64,000 bases of DNA, taken from contig CBDCVN010000013.1 of the NCBI GenBank assembly GCA_965223045.1, positions 4,167,840-4,231,839 on the forward strand. The letters are read 5' to 3'. Within the stretch, counting starts at the first letter, position 1, and every line of letters begins with the position of its first letter. The stretch is from Trueperaceae bacterium. GTDB taxonomy: Bacteria; Deinococcota; Deinococci; Deinococcales; Trueperaceae. The notes under the pieces were generated by a model. It was not told the origin of the DNA, ran no database searches, and saw nothing but the letters and a program-made list of their open reading frames with translations. The translations under genes and the position numbers were made by a program. This document shows positions 28,729-37,342 of the stretch, one piece after another.

Positions 28729-30110
28729 TCTTTCTTTACCATCTCCTTTATCTTCTCTAACTCTTCTTTTGTTGCTTTTAGCAAATCTTGTCGCTTTTTC
28801 CCTTTCCACTCCGCTACTTCTCTATTACAGCACCCTATCAATCTCTCTTTTTCATATTCTTGATCTTTAAACTCTAAATATTCTTCTTTCTTCAATTCTT
28901 CTATATTCAAATTCCCACTTTCTATCAGCTTTTTTATACTTGCTGTCTTCAATGCTGCTATCCAACCTACTCCCTCTTCTTTTTTTAACTCTTCTATCTG
29001 TTTTTTCCCTATTACTCCTCTGTCTCCTACGATCACTATTTCTTTTATTCCAAATTCCTCTTTTAGCTCTTTTATCATTGGTTTTAGTATCTTTGACTCT
29101 GTGTAATTGCCCTCGTACACCCTAGTTACTATTGGACATCCCCTTTTGTCCGTCAGCAATGTGTAATTTACTTGCTTTTTCCCTCTCTTTTTATCTTTAT
29201 TCTGTCCCCATTTTGCTAATGGACATTCCTCTCCTTCAAAATAACTTGAACTCATGTCATACATTAATACTTTCTCCCCTTTGACATGCCTATTTGTTAA
29301 TTTCTTTTCTATATATCCTTGCCTTGCTTCCAACCATTCAATTACCTTACACACTTCTTCTTCCCTTGCTTTCCTTACTTCTAGCATTTCTGGTAAAGTT
29401 GTTGTTTCCCACCATCTTATTGTTGCTAATTTACTATTTGGTGCTAGTATCCTTGCTGCTATCAATGCTTCTACTAAGTTTCTTTCTTGTGTGGCACGAC
29501 TTGCTATTAACCTCTTAAACTCTAGTTTCTCCATAGCTTTTATTACTGCTTTTACATGTCCATGATGCTTAGATTCAATCACTTCAAAAGCTTGATCTAT
29601 AGGTACAAACTGCTTACCCTTTAAACAGCTTCGGATCATTTCTATAATTTCATCACCTAGTGGACTTAGGTTTGCTAGGGTTTCTTTTTTTACCTTGCCA
29701 TCTTTACGATAAGAACGTCTCAGTAAGTAAGATTTATAAGTTTTTCCTTTATACTGGCGAGTGCTTGTAGCTACATGCACCCCAGAAGACCTATTCCTCA
29801 TAGCTAAAGTACAGGATAGCAGATTTTGACAATTAATTCAACTTTTAGTGTCTACAGTATTGCACCCTAAATTACCCATTTGCATTGTGTAGAACAAGAG
29901 TTTGAACTAAAAAAATAACCTTGTTTAAAACATACTTAAGCAACTCAAGGGTGGCAAAGTATCCGGTCAAAGCGACGTTTATGCCCAATTGAATTTACAC
30001 CCTCGTACAAAGCAATTGCAAGGTGCAAAAAACCATGATAAATTATGCTCCCTCTTCATACTCAAACATTAGTTCTAGCACGCAACCTCTGAAATGCTAC
30101 CAATTTTATA

Positions 30111-31072
30111 GAGGGTGTTTGGAAATTAGTGCTCCTTTGAAAGATCTAGCATTTTGGCTGAAATTTGAACTAAGTATATCATTTCAGAAATGAAGTAGCT
30201 ATACCCAATATATGTCAGTATAGCTACTATGAAAACAAATCATAGACAAGCATACTCTACTGACGTTACTGATGTACAGTGGCTTATAATTGAAGCCTTT
30301 CTACTTAAAGTTTTGACCAAAAGTACTAAGCGGGGACGTCCCATGAGCCTTGATCTCCGTGAAATCGTAAATGCTATACGTTACCTTCTGCGCAATGGTT
30401 GTACTTGGCGTGATCTTCCACATGATTTTCCTGCCTATCAAAGTGTGCGTTATCACTTTGATAAATGGTGTAAATCAGGTTTGTGGAAGGCTTTAAACAA
30501 ACATTTACGCAGAAAACTCCGTGAGCAGGAAGGAAAACTTGCTGATTGCAGTGTAGGTATTGCCGATAGTCAATCGGTCAAAGGTAGTGTGCATGAAGAG
30601 AATGGGTACGATGGAGGAAAAAAGGTTAATGGACGTAAACGTCATATATTGGTTGATACCATGGGATTATTGATAGTTGTACTTGTAACTACAGCGAATA
30701 GGTCAGATAAGAAAGGATTAGAGCAAATGTTGAAGGCCATAAAAAGCACTATGCCAAGATTGAAAGTAATAAAAGCAGATCAAGGTTATGTCAGTGCGAG
30801 ATTAGAGAAGTGGGTGCTGGACATATGTGGGTGGATATTAGAAGTAACAAAGAAACCAGAAGGAAAAGGTTTTCAAGTTATCCCACAAAGATGGGTAGTG
30901 GAGAGGACATTTGCATGGTTAGGAAACTATAGACGCTTAAGTAAAGATTATGAAGTATTAGCAGCAACAAGTGAAGCCTTTATCTACATGGCTATGTGTG
31001 ATATCATGACCAAGCGTTTAGCGCATCAATCCACTCCCAATTTTGCTTAATAGATATTTCCCAAACACCCTC
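30111..31072 (+). mobile_element. IS5-family insertion sequence (962 bp)
   Basis: Terminal inverted repeats GAGGGTGTTTGGAAAT / ATTTCCCAAACACCCTC flanked by a TA duplication. Confidence 0.8.
30229..31050 (+). CDS. IS5-family transposase (273 aa)
   Basis: N-terminal WRDLPHDFP...YHFDKW region followed by a DDE domain (ADSQSV...ADQGY...ERTFAWL). Confidence 0.85.
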   Translation: MKTNHRQAYSTDVTDVQWLIIEAFLLKVLTKSTKRGRPMSLDLREIVNAIRYLLRNGCTWRDLPHDFPAYQSVRYHFDKWCKSGLWKALNKHLRRKLREQEGKLADCSVGIADSQSVKGSVHEENGYDGGKKVNGRKRHILVDTMGLLIVVLVTTANRSDKKGLEQMLKAIKSTMPRLKVIKADQGYVSARLEKWVLDICGWILEVTKKPEGKGFQVIPQRWVVERTFAWLGNYRRLSKDYEVLAATSEAFIYMAMCDIMTKRLAHQSTPNFA

Positions 31073-31423
31073 TAGAGCTCGAGAAACATCTGTTTCTGAG
31101 GGCTTTAATTTGAATTACCTTGCTTTGACCGGATGTTCCCCTGTGTCAACATGTATATTTAAAGCTAGAACGGCCCTTAAAAATCAGTTCAAACTCTTGG
31201 TAGAAAGATGCTAACGCCGATTTTGATCAATAAACTTCAGTCATTCTGAGGGGCTTGGTCCTTACAGGATATAATGAGTAAGAACTTTTGAGGCCATTAA
31301 TGTATGAGAGATCATTTGTGTAGTTTACCCTTGTAAGGGCTCATAATGATATTTCTCGCATTGATAAAGCAAATATTTATCGGGCTCTTATCCGTTGAGT
31401 AAGATTTTCACAAACTAATAATA

Positions 31424-31774
31424 TTGCGTTGCAATATTAACGGGGATTCTAAAAAGACGGATTTGGATAAGGTTTATGCTGCAAAGCTGTTTAGAATCTA
31501 CGCTGAGGCTTTCTTTGGAAAGATGCACCTCACATGGTCAAAGGGACTGAAGAAACTGTTACTTGGTGCAGAAGGCAAGACGGATCAAGAAATAGCGGAA
31601 TCCTTGAATGAATTAGATGCGGTTCTTGCCACTATCAACCGTTTTCAGTGGGTCGAACTCCTCAAACTTCGCAGCAAGGCGTGGCGGGGTGAGCTGTTGC
31701 AAGTCGTGAACGACTTTGGGCAGCAAGGATTGCAACACTACCTTGAAGGGAAAGGTATCTGGACAGCTGCTTGA
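31424..31774 (+). CDS. Hypothetical protein, possibly a C-terminal fragment of a replication-type protein
   Basis: TTG start with the ORF open from an upstream stop. The weak resemblance of FFGKMHLTWSKGLKKLL to C-terminal regions of rolling-circle Rep proteins is from memory only. Confidence 0.3.
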   Translation: MRCNINGDSKKTDLDKVYAAKLFRIYAEAFFGKMHLTWSKGLKKLLLGAEGKTDQEIAESLNELDAVLATINRFQWVELLKLRSKAWRGELLQVVNDFGQQGLQHYLEGKGIWTAA

Positions 31775-32160
31775 AAGCTGAGTCAGGTTTCAACCATGAG
31801 GAAAATTTCTGATCAGAAGAAAATTCTCACCTAACTCATCGGATTTCTTAGGATTCTCATCTTGAATTCCGTGCAGGTATTCCACTCTCATAATGAATTT
31901 GGTTTTGTTTGGTTTTGGGTTTTTTGAGGATAGGGTCCAAACTCTTTTCCAAATACCTTCTATTTTGCTCTCAAATCATCGAGAAGGGCCTGAGTTAAAA
32001 TTTTTGATGCCTATCTACCTCAGAAACCTCTTGGCCTCTCTAGGGTGCTCTTACGGCCCCACAACCGCAAACCCCATCTGCTAAGCCATTTTACCGATCT
32101 AAAAACAATCTTAAAAGGAATATGGTGAGTCTGTGGACTCTCAGCTTCCCGTTTTGGGAG

Positions 32161-32169
32161 TTATCCACA
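32161..32169 (+). promoter_or_regulatory. Perfect DnaA box (TTATCCACA) of the plasmid-type origin
   Basis: Exact 9-mer, followed by an AT-rich tract (32170-32274) and the iterons. Confidence 0.6.
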
Positions 32170-32274
32170 GGGTTGTTAGTGTTATATTATGTGTTAAATA
32201 TAGTGTTACGGTATTATGGAACGTATTTAAAGCGTTGAAAAATATTTTTTAAATTGATGTTTTGTGTGTCTTTT

Positions 32275-32444
32275 GGTGTGTAGAATATCGAAAGTCGGTG
32301 TGTGAAATATCGAAGATTGGTGTGTAGAATATCGAAAGTCGGTGTGTGAAATATCGAAGATTGGTGTGTAGAATATCGAAAGCACTTGCATTGGTGTGTG
32401 AAATATCGATAGTGAGGTGTATGGTGTGTGAAATATCGAAAGTA
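32275..32444 (+). repeat. Seven 22-bp iterons (oriV)
   Basis: GGTGTGT(A/G)(G/A)AATATCGAA(A/G)... units start at 32275, 32297, 32319, 32341, 32363, 32393 and 32423. Two alternating subtypes give a 44-bp periodicity. Confidence 0.85.
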
Positions 32445-33485
32445 GACCGTTCCCCTCTCCTGCCAGAACGTCATCCACAACAGGATTTATTTATCTGCGA
32501 TATTTTCGATGCCGTTCCCAAGGGGGACATAGCATCTATGGAACATCCTGTTTTTAGCCTCTCCACGAAGCCAGATGTAAGGCCTCGTCGTTATGAGAGA
32601 AATGGAAAAGTGCTTGAAATTACTCCTTCTGTAAAAGGTCTTGCAACAGTTTATGACCGTGATGTTTTGATATATTGCATTTCTCAGGTTATTGCTGCTT
32701 TGAATGAAGGAAGGAGTGTAGCAAAAACCTTGCGCTTTAAGGCTCATGATTTGTTGATCTCTACAAATAGGCAAACTAATGGGCAAGCATACGAGGCTTT
32801 AAAAGCTGCTTTTGAACGCTTACGTGGGACAACCATTTCAACAAATATCATGACAGGTGGTACGGAACAACTGGATGTATTTGGCCTGATAGATCGAGCG
32901 AAGATCATACGAAAAACCCGTGATGGACGGATGCTAGATGTAGAAATTACTCTTTCGGATTGGGTGTTTAATGCAATTCGCTCTAATGAAGTACTGGCGT
33001 TGAATAAGCGTTACTTTCAACTTCGGAAGCCGTTAGAACGTCGCTTGTATGAATTAGCACGGAAGCATTGCGGACGCCAAAGGGAATGGCGAATTAGCTT
33101 AGAAACCTTGCAAGAGAAAACGGGCTCAAGCTCAACACCAAAAGAATTCAAGCGGCTGATTAATAAAATTATCAAGGATGACTCGCAATACAATCACATG
33201 CCTGATTACTTCGTTAGTCTTGAAAGCGAAATTGTAATTTTTAAACCCAAGCCTGAGTTTTCAGAGGCGTATCGTGGTGTGAAAAAGGGGGAATCGAGTT
33301 ATGGGTTTTTGAAGTCCGAGACATACGAGAAAGCAAAAGAGTATGCACCAAGTTGGGATATTTATTTTCTTGAACAGGAATGGCGAGAATGGATGGTTGA
33401 GCCTCCTCAATATCCAGATGCTGCTTTCCTTGGTTTTTGTCGTAAGTACTATGAGAGGCATGGGAAGGCAAAGGGAAGTATTTAG
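32421..33485 (+). CDS. repA: Plasmid replication initiator protein RepA (Replication initiator protein A family)
   Basis: HPQQDLFICDIFDAVPKGDIASMEHPVFSLS motif. The start is uncertain: the ORF is open from 32346, but those codons are iteron sequence, so ATG 32421 is used here. Confidence 0.75.
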   Translation: MVCEISKVDRSPLLPERHPQQDLFICDIFDAVPKGDIASMEHPVFSLSTKPDVRPRRYERNGKVLEITPSVKGLATVYDRDVLIYCISQVIAALNEGRSVAKTLRFKAHDLLISTNRQTNGQAYEALKAAFERLRGTTISTNIMTGGTEQLDVFGLIDRAKIIRKTRDGRMLDVEITLSDWVFNAIRSNEVLALNKRYFQLRKPLERRLYELARKHCGRQREWRISLETLQEKTGSSSTPKEFKRLINKIIKDDSQYNHMPDYFVSLESEIVIFKPKPEFSEAYRGVKKGESSYGFLKSETYEKAKEYAPSWDIYFLEQEWREWMVEPPQYPDAAFLGFCRKYYERHGKAKGSI

Positions 33486-33532
33486 TCAATTTGCATTTGA
33501 GGAACAGTGTGTTAGCCTTGCGTAAGTATCAT

Positions 33533-33546
33533 AACTTACGTAAGTT
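33533..33546. promoter_or_regulatory. 14-bp perfect palindrome AACTTACGTAAGTT (par/operator-type box)
   Basis: Lies between the convergent repA and parG-like genes. Same core as the boxes at 35656-35837. Confidence 0.45.
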
Positions 33547-33553
33547 TATTAAT

Positions 33554-33895
33554 TTACTTAACTTTCATAAGTTGTGAAATTATATCTTCCTTTGGTTGAC
33601 TTTTCAGTAGGTCAATAGCAGCCTTGACTACATCTGATCTACTGGCTCGGAAATCCTTCGGCATATAGGAAATCTCGTCTATTGAGGTGCTAACTTCTTT
33701 GGTGAGAGAGAACGTATGCCTTTCATATAGTTTTTTCCTCTTTTCGTTACTTCTTGTATCAATTCTTTTTTGTACCCCTTTGATAAACTCCTGAGCTTTT
33801 TCTTCTTCCACTTTAGGATTAATTGTTTGCCGTGCTTTTTCTGTTGCATCTTTTCTATCACGTTTGTTTAGTCCTTTAATACCAGCCATCATCAA
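33554..33895 (-). CDS. Ribbon-helix-helix partition protein (ParG-like)
   Basis: C-terminal RHH-like segment HTFSLTKEVSTSIDEIS...RSDVVKAAIDLL. 4-nt ATGA overlap with the parA stop. Confidence 0.55.
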   Translation of the reverse strand: MMMAGIKGLNKRDRKDATEKARQTINPKVEEEKAQEFIKGVQKRIDTRSNEKRKKLYERHTFSLTKEVSTSIDEISYMPKDFRASRSDVVKAAIDLLKSQPKEDIISQLMKVK

Positions 33896-34427
33896 ACTCC
33901 TAGAAATTCATAGGCTAAGGCTTCAATTTCTTCTTTGGCTTTTGGATCATTGCTTAATTCTAAGACAGAGTAACCTCCCTCATCTGCGTCATCATAGCTG
34001 TTTCTATGAACAGTGATTGCTTCTAAGGGCTCAATTTCAAAGGAGGCACATGCTTCTCTTGCATCGTCAATGCGTTGCCTTTGGCTTGGGAGAGGTGGAC
34101 ATTGTGTAATGATTGCTCGTGCAATCAGGTCAGGATTGACAGAATACGCGAGTTTTAAGAGTTGTTCGACATTTGACAGAGTTTTGAGATCACGTCGCTT
34201 TGGTCTGAATGGTAAGAGAATATGGGTTGCAACTGTCATGGCAGAGCGTAAGGCTTCTGAGTCATGACCACCAGCATCTATCACGATAACTTCGTACCGT
34301 TCTGTCAGGTCGAGCAATGTCTGGCGAATATTTCCTGATGCGTGGACACAGGATATTGCTACTAGTGCGTCATTTTCTTCTCGTTCTTTTGCCCAGTCGG
34401 TTGTTGTTCCTTGGGGATCAGAGTCTA

Positions 34428-34668
34428 GGGCATGTGGATATGACAAATCAGAAATTGCACGCATTGGATATCAAAACCAAACTAGCCAGTCTCAGGACAG
34501 CTATTTGTTAGAAAATGTGAATTCCAAAAAAAATTGCAGGATAGCCTATATTTGCGAGAAGCTTTAGTTGTTAACCACATAATCTTTACCAGATTGCAGA
34601 GGAGCTTATGCGTCAGCATCAGGATTATCCAAGGTATTTAAGAGTAGCGTTTTCGATTTCACACTCTA
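34428..34668 (-). mobile_element. MITE copy C, lacking its last ~17 bp and abutting an IS5-family IS
   Basis: Identical to copy D up to CACACTCTAG, then runs directly into the IS terminal inverted repeat. Confidence 0.8.
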
Positions 34669-35529
34669 GGGCGTGTTGACACTAAAAGTGCTAAATCAAA
34701 AATATTACTTGAAGGGATTTTAGCGTAGCCATATAAGTACCGACGCAAACTGGCAAAATGCTAAATAGTTTCGAGACAACTTTTCAAATCTAGAAAAAAC
34801 TCTTCTATATTGCTTAATTTTGTTGAAAAAATTCTCTATTAAATGCCTTTCCTTGTAAAATTCTTTGTCATACTCCCGCTGCTCTTTCCTATTTGCCTTT
34901 GGAGGTATTACTGCTTCTGCTTCCATTTCTGCTACCTTGTCTAGTACAACTTGAGCATCATATCCCTTGTCCCCCATTACTCTTTCAGCCTCCAGATCTT
35001 CTAGCAAATCCTCTGCTTGGGTAACATCATTACGTTGCCCTGGAGTCAATATTAACTTGAGAGGATTGCCTAGAGCATCTGTTGTAGCGTGTACTTTGGT
35101 GGTGTAACCTCCTTTGCTTCTACCCAATTCTTGTTCTTCGTTTCCCCCTTTTCCTCCTGCTGCACAGGAGTGAGCTCTTACAATGGTGCTATCTATCATT
35201 ATACTTTCCATATCAGCATCCTCAGCAAAGTGTTCAAACATCGCTTGCCAAATTCCTTGTTTGCCCCAGCGGTCAAAACGCTTAAAAACACTATTCCATT
35301 TTCCATATTCTTCTGGCAACAAACGCCACTGTGCACCACTTTTAGTTACCCAAAGGACTCCTTCAATAAACTTCCTGCATTGATCCTCATTGCCAATTCT
35401 AAATTTCCTAAACATACACACTATCTTGTAACCCTTGAGAAAATTTAGTATTTTTTGCCATTGCTCGTCTGTTAATTTAACTTTCATATCCTAAGTTTGC
35501 AAATTATGACTTACTTTATCAACATGCCC
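34669..35529 (-). mobile_element. IS5-family insertion sequence, copy 1 (861 bp), probable autonomous parent of the MITE
   Basis: Terminal inverted repeats GGGCGTGTTGACAC / TATCAACATGCCC. About 35 bp at both ends resemble the MITE ends. A second copy starts at 63606. Confidence 0.85.
34720..35487 (-). CDS. IS5-family transposase (255 aa)
   Basis: [22 protein letters not shown]-terminal region followed by a DDE domain (IDSTIVRAH...GDKGYD...IENFFNKIK). Confidence 0.9.
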   Translation of the reverse strand: MKVKLTDEQWQKILNFLKGYKIVCMFRKFRIGNEDQCRKFIEGVLWVTKSGAQWRLLPEEYGKWNSVFKRFDRWGKQGIWQAMFEHFAEDADMESIMIDSTIVRAHSCAAGGKGGNEEQELGRSKGGYTTKVHATTDALGNPLKLILTPGQRNDVTQAEDLLEDLEAERVMGDKGYDAQVVLDKVAEMEAEAVIPPKANRKEQREYDKEFYKERHLIENFFNKIKQYRRVFSRFEKLSRNYLAFCQFASVLIWLR

Positions 35530-35655
35530 TAGTAGTAAGACATCTTTCCCTTTTGTTTTCAGGTAGACTGCAAGATTTTGAGCGATGCAGCTTTTGCCGC
35601 TACCACCTTTTTCTCCACCTAATAGGATAATCATGGTCACTTCCTTAAGTTTCGT

Positions 35656-35837
35656 AACTTACGTAAGCTACGCAAATTCTATAACCTTCATCAGTTACGT
35701 AACTATATTCTCTTTTGAGTAATTGGTGCAAGTATTATCTCTAAAATTTTTCGGCTCATGAATATAGGAAGATATGTGGTGTGTTTAAGTAAGTTTTGTA
35801 ACTAGAATAAGTTATGAACTTTATGAAACTTACGTAA
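35656..35837. promoter_or_regulatory. Three ACTTACGTAA-type palindromic boxes upstream of parA
   Basis: AACTTACGTAAG at 35656-35667, AGTTACGTAACT at 35693-35704, AACTTACGTAA at 35827-35837. Confidence 0.45.
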
Positions 35838-35976
35838 CAATGCAACTCAAAAATCAAAAAAGAAGTGTGTTTGCACTTCTGCCCTAGTGGCGAACGAGCG
35901 CAGGGAATTTTGCAAGGGGAGGGGGATCACCTGCCCTGCACAAACGAAGTGCGGAAGGGTGGGGATACCCCTTGCA

Positions 35977-36002
35977 AAAGGGGTGACAAGACACCCCTTT
36001 TT
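35977..36002. terminator. Bidirectional rho-independent terminator downstream of vapC
   Basis: Stem AAAGGGGTG / CACCCCTTT with a 6-nt loop, flanked by an A-run and a T-run. Confidence 0.6.
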
Positions 36003-36402
36003 AGATTTCCCAATCTGTGAGGGAAAGTTCGGTTATGCGGTTAAGGTGTTTAACATTGTGCGTTACAAGCGTTGCGTCGTTTGCTTTGGCGATTGCCCCT
36101 GTGAGAAGGTCAGCATCTTCTATTAATGTGCCCCTCTGGCGTAAGTCCTGATAGATGCTGATAGCCTCATCTAGAGCGAGTGTATCAAGGTCTAAGAGTC
36201 CATATTTTTGAACTAAGGTATCAAATGCTGTTAGCTTCCGTTTAAATCTAGGTAAAGCCAGCCCTCTTTTGATTTCGTAATAACAGATAGCGTTTAGGAC
36301 AATTTCGTGACCATCGTTTGAAGCGCCACGGAGGTTTGCAAGTGCCGTTTGGTTCCCGCTAAGTAATTTGCTGACGAAGTTAGTGTCGAGGGTATAAAGC
36401 AT
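36001..36402 (-). CDS. vapC: PIN-domain toxin VapC
   Basis: MLYTLDTNFVS (first acidic residue), then later conserved acidic positions. 133 aa. Confidence 0.85.
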   Translation of the reverse strand: MLYTLDTNFVSKLLSGNQTALANLRGASNDGHEIVLNAICYYEIKRGLALPRFKRKLTAFDTLVQKYGLLDLDTLALDEAISIYQDLRQRGTLIEDADLLTGAIAKANDATLVTHNVKHLNRITELSLTDWEI

Positions 36403-36407
36403 TGAGC

Positions 36408-36908
36408 TTAATCGGGCTGGGCATTAAAATCTCTCTCACCAAAGAAGGGGCGGCGTTTTATTGCATCCGCAAACTCTGCTTGGTCTTCCTCATTCATTGG
36501 CTCTGCTAGGGCATGTGGATATGACAAATCAGAAATTGCACGCATTGGATATCAAAACCAAACTAGCCAGTCTCAGGACAGCTATTTGTTAGAAAATGTG
36601 AATTCCAAAAAAAATTGCAGGATAGCCTATATTTGCGAGAAGCTTTAGTTGTTAACCACATAATCTTTACCAGATTGCAGAGGAGCTTATGCGTCAGCAT
36701 CAGGATTATCCAAGGTATTTAAGAGTAGCGTTTTCGATTTCACACTCTAGGTGTCCACACGCCCTAGTGTTTCCCAGAGTGCTATTGTTTCGGCTATATC
36801 CTTGGATATATTAGGTTCTTCCTCAAGGGAAAGCTGCCTTGCTAGGTGAGCAAGCATACCTTCATCTGCTTGGTCTATTATTTCGTGTAGTTTTTCTCGT
36901 AACGTCAT
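36408..36908 (-). pseudogene. Putative cognate antitoxin gene interrupted by MITE copy D
   Basis: Halves are MTLREKLHEIIDQADEGMLAHLARQLSLEEEPNISKDIAETIALWET and EPMNEEDQAEFADAIKRRPFFGERDFNAQPD. Removing the MITE plus one TA joins them in frame. The stop lies 5 nt before the vapC start. Confidence 0.65.
36509..36764 (-). mobile_element. 256-bp MITE, copy D
   Basis: Full-length, inverted relative to copies A, B and E, with TA/CTAG flanks. Confidence 0.85.
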
Positions 36909-36967
36909 GCTCTTAGAGTAACGGATTTCTGCGTTTAGAGCAAGATTTCAAAATGCTAGTTGCTTTG

Positions 36968-37006
36968 TCCTATTCACTGACAAATAGGGTTCCCCCTAGT
37001 TTCAGC
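36968..37006 (+). repeat. 39-bp direct repeat, copy 1 (flanks the higBA-type cassette)
   Basis: TCCTATTCACTGACAAATAGGGTTCCCCCTAGTTTCAGC. The partner at 37950-37988 differs at about 4 positions. Confidence 0.7.
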
Positions 37007-37342
37007 CTACTCGTCCTTATCTAGGTTCGTGAAGTCGCCAATTCCTCCGATTAGCACAGGGGAACGATCAGGAAACTCGGCCATGATTTTAAGGTCACCT
37101 CCCATTGCTTGTACATAGTTTCTTAGGGTTGAGAGTAGCATGTCAGATCGTTTTTCAAGCCTAGAAATACTGCTTTGAGGCATGTTTAATTCCTGTGCAA
37201 TGCGTTCCTGCGTAAGTGATTGTGCCTTACGTAAATCCTGTAAAGTTAAGTATTCATCCAGAAGCTCTTGGCCGCGTTTTTCAACATACTCACGGCGCTC
37301 TTTCGGAAGTTCATCCATTATACTTTCTAAAGACCTACCCAT
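37007..37342 (-). CDS. XRE-family HTH antitoxin (HigA-like)
   Basis: HTH segment LTQERIAQELNMPQSSISRLEKR. Overlaps the upstream toxin gene by 8 nt. Confidence 0.8.
   Translation of the reverse strand: MGRSLESIMDELPKERREYVEKRGQELLDEYLTLQDLRKAQSLTQERIAQELNMPQSSISRLEKRSDMLLSTLRNYVQAMGGDLKIMAEFPDRSPVLIGGIGDFTNLDKDE

Larger units (their letters stand above)
26804..29801 (-). pseudogene. IS1634-family transposase gene split into three pieces (28729-29801, 27383-27727, 26804-27126)
   Basis: N-terminus MRNRSSGVHVATSTRQYKGKTYKSYLLRRSYR, middle DGIYVIRTS...RPIYHH...RVRGHIFLCML, C-terminus AYNVKWHMMEAW. Removing the MITE plus one TA restores FLCMLAYNVKWHM in frame. Confidence 0.75.
26783..29871 (-). 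mobile_element. IS1634-like (IS4 superfamily) element carrying two nested insertions
   Basis: Imperfect terminal inverted repeats TTTAGGGGTAC...TGTCTACA (left) and TGTCTACA...GCACCCTAAA (right). The internal transposase gene is split in three pieces. Confidence 0.6.
29895..31199. mobile_element. MITE-like element (native size about 340 bp) with a nested IS
   Basis: Perfect 14-bp terminal inverted repeats CAAGAGTTTGAACT (29895-29908) / AGTTCAAACTCTTG (31186-31199), flanked by the direct repeat GTAGAA. Confidence 0.6.
33892..35634 (-). pseudogene. parA: ParA partition ATPase disrupted by a MITE-IS composite insertion
   Basis: The N-terminal piece 35533-35634 encodes MIILLGGEKGGSGKSCIAQNLAVYLKTKGKDVLLL. 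The C-terminal piece continues DSDPQGTTTDW. Removing 34425-35528 restores DVLLLDSDPQG in frame. Confidence 0.85.

Noticed and set aside
28940-29565. Several Leu/Ser/Phe-rich plus-strand ORFs (28685-28870, 28940-29125, 29254-29565, 29294-29518) that look like membrane peptides.
   Set aside because: They are antisense shadows of the Lys/Glu-rich IS1634-family transposase gene. They are low-complexity and have no independent signals.
32275-32444. Considered whether the tandem 22-bp repeats could be a small CRISPR array.
   Set aside because: The repeats are contiguous or separated by only 8 bp, so there are no spacers. There are no cas genes. The context (DnaA box, AT-rich tract, repA) fits iterons.
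32214-32480. Two overlapping minus-strand ORFs (88 and 83 aa), and the first 25 codons of the plus-strand 32346 ORF, with repetitive peptide sequence (…IFHTP…YFTH…).
   Set aside because: They are translations of the 22-bp iteron array. The periodic peptide simply mirrors the DNA repeat.
35887-36126. A 79-aa plus-strand ORF in a G-rich stretch.
   Set aside because: It overlaps the vapC 3-prime end and the bidirectional terminator hairpin. Its composition is driven by G-runs.
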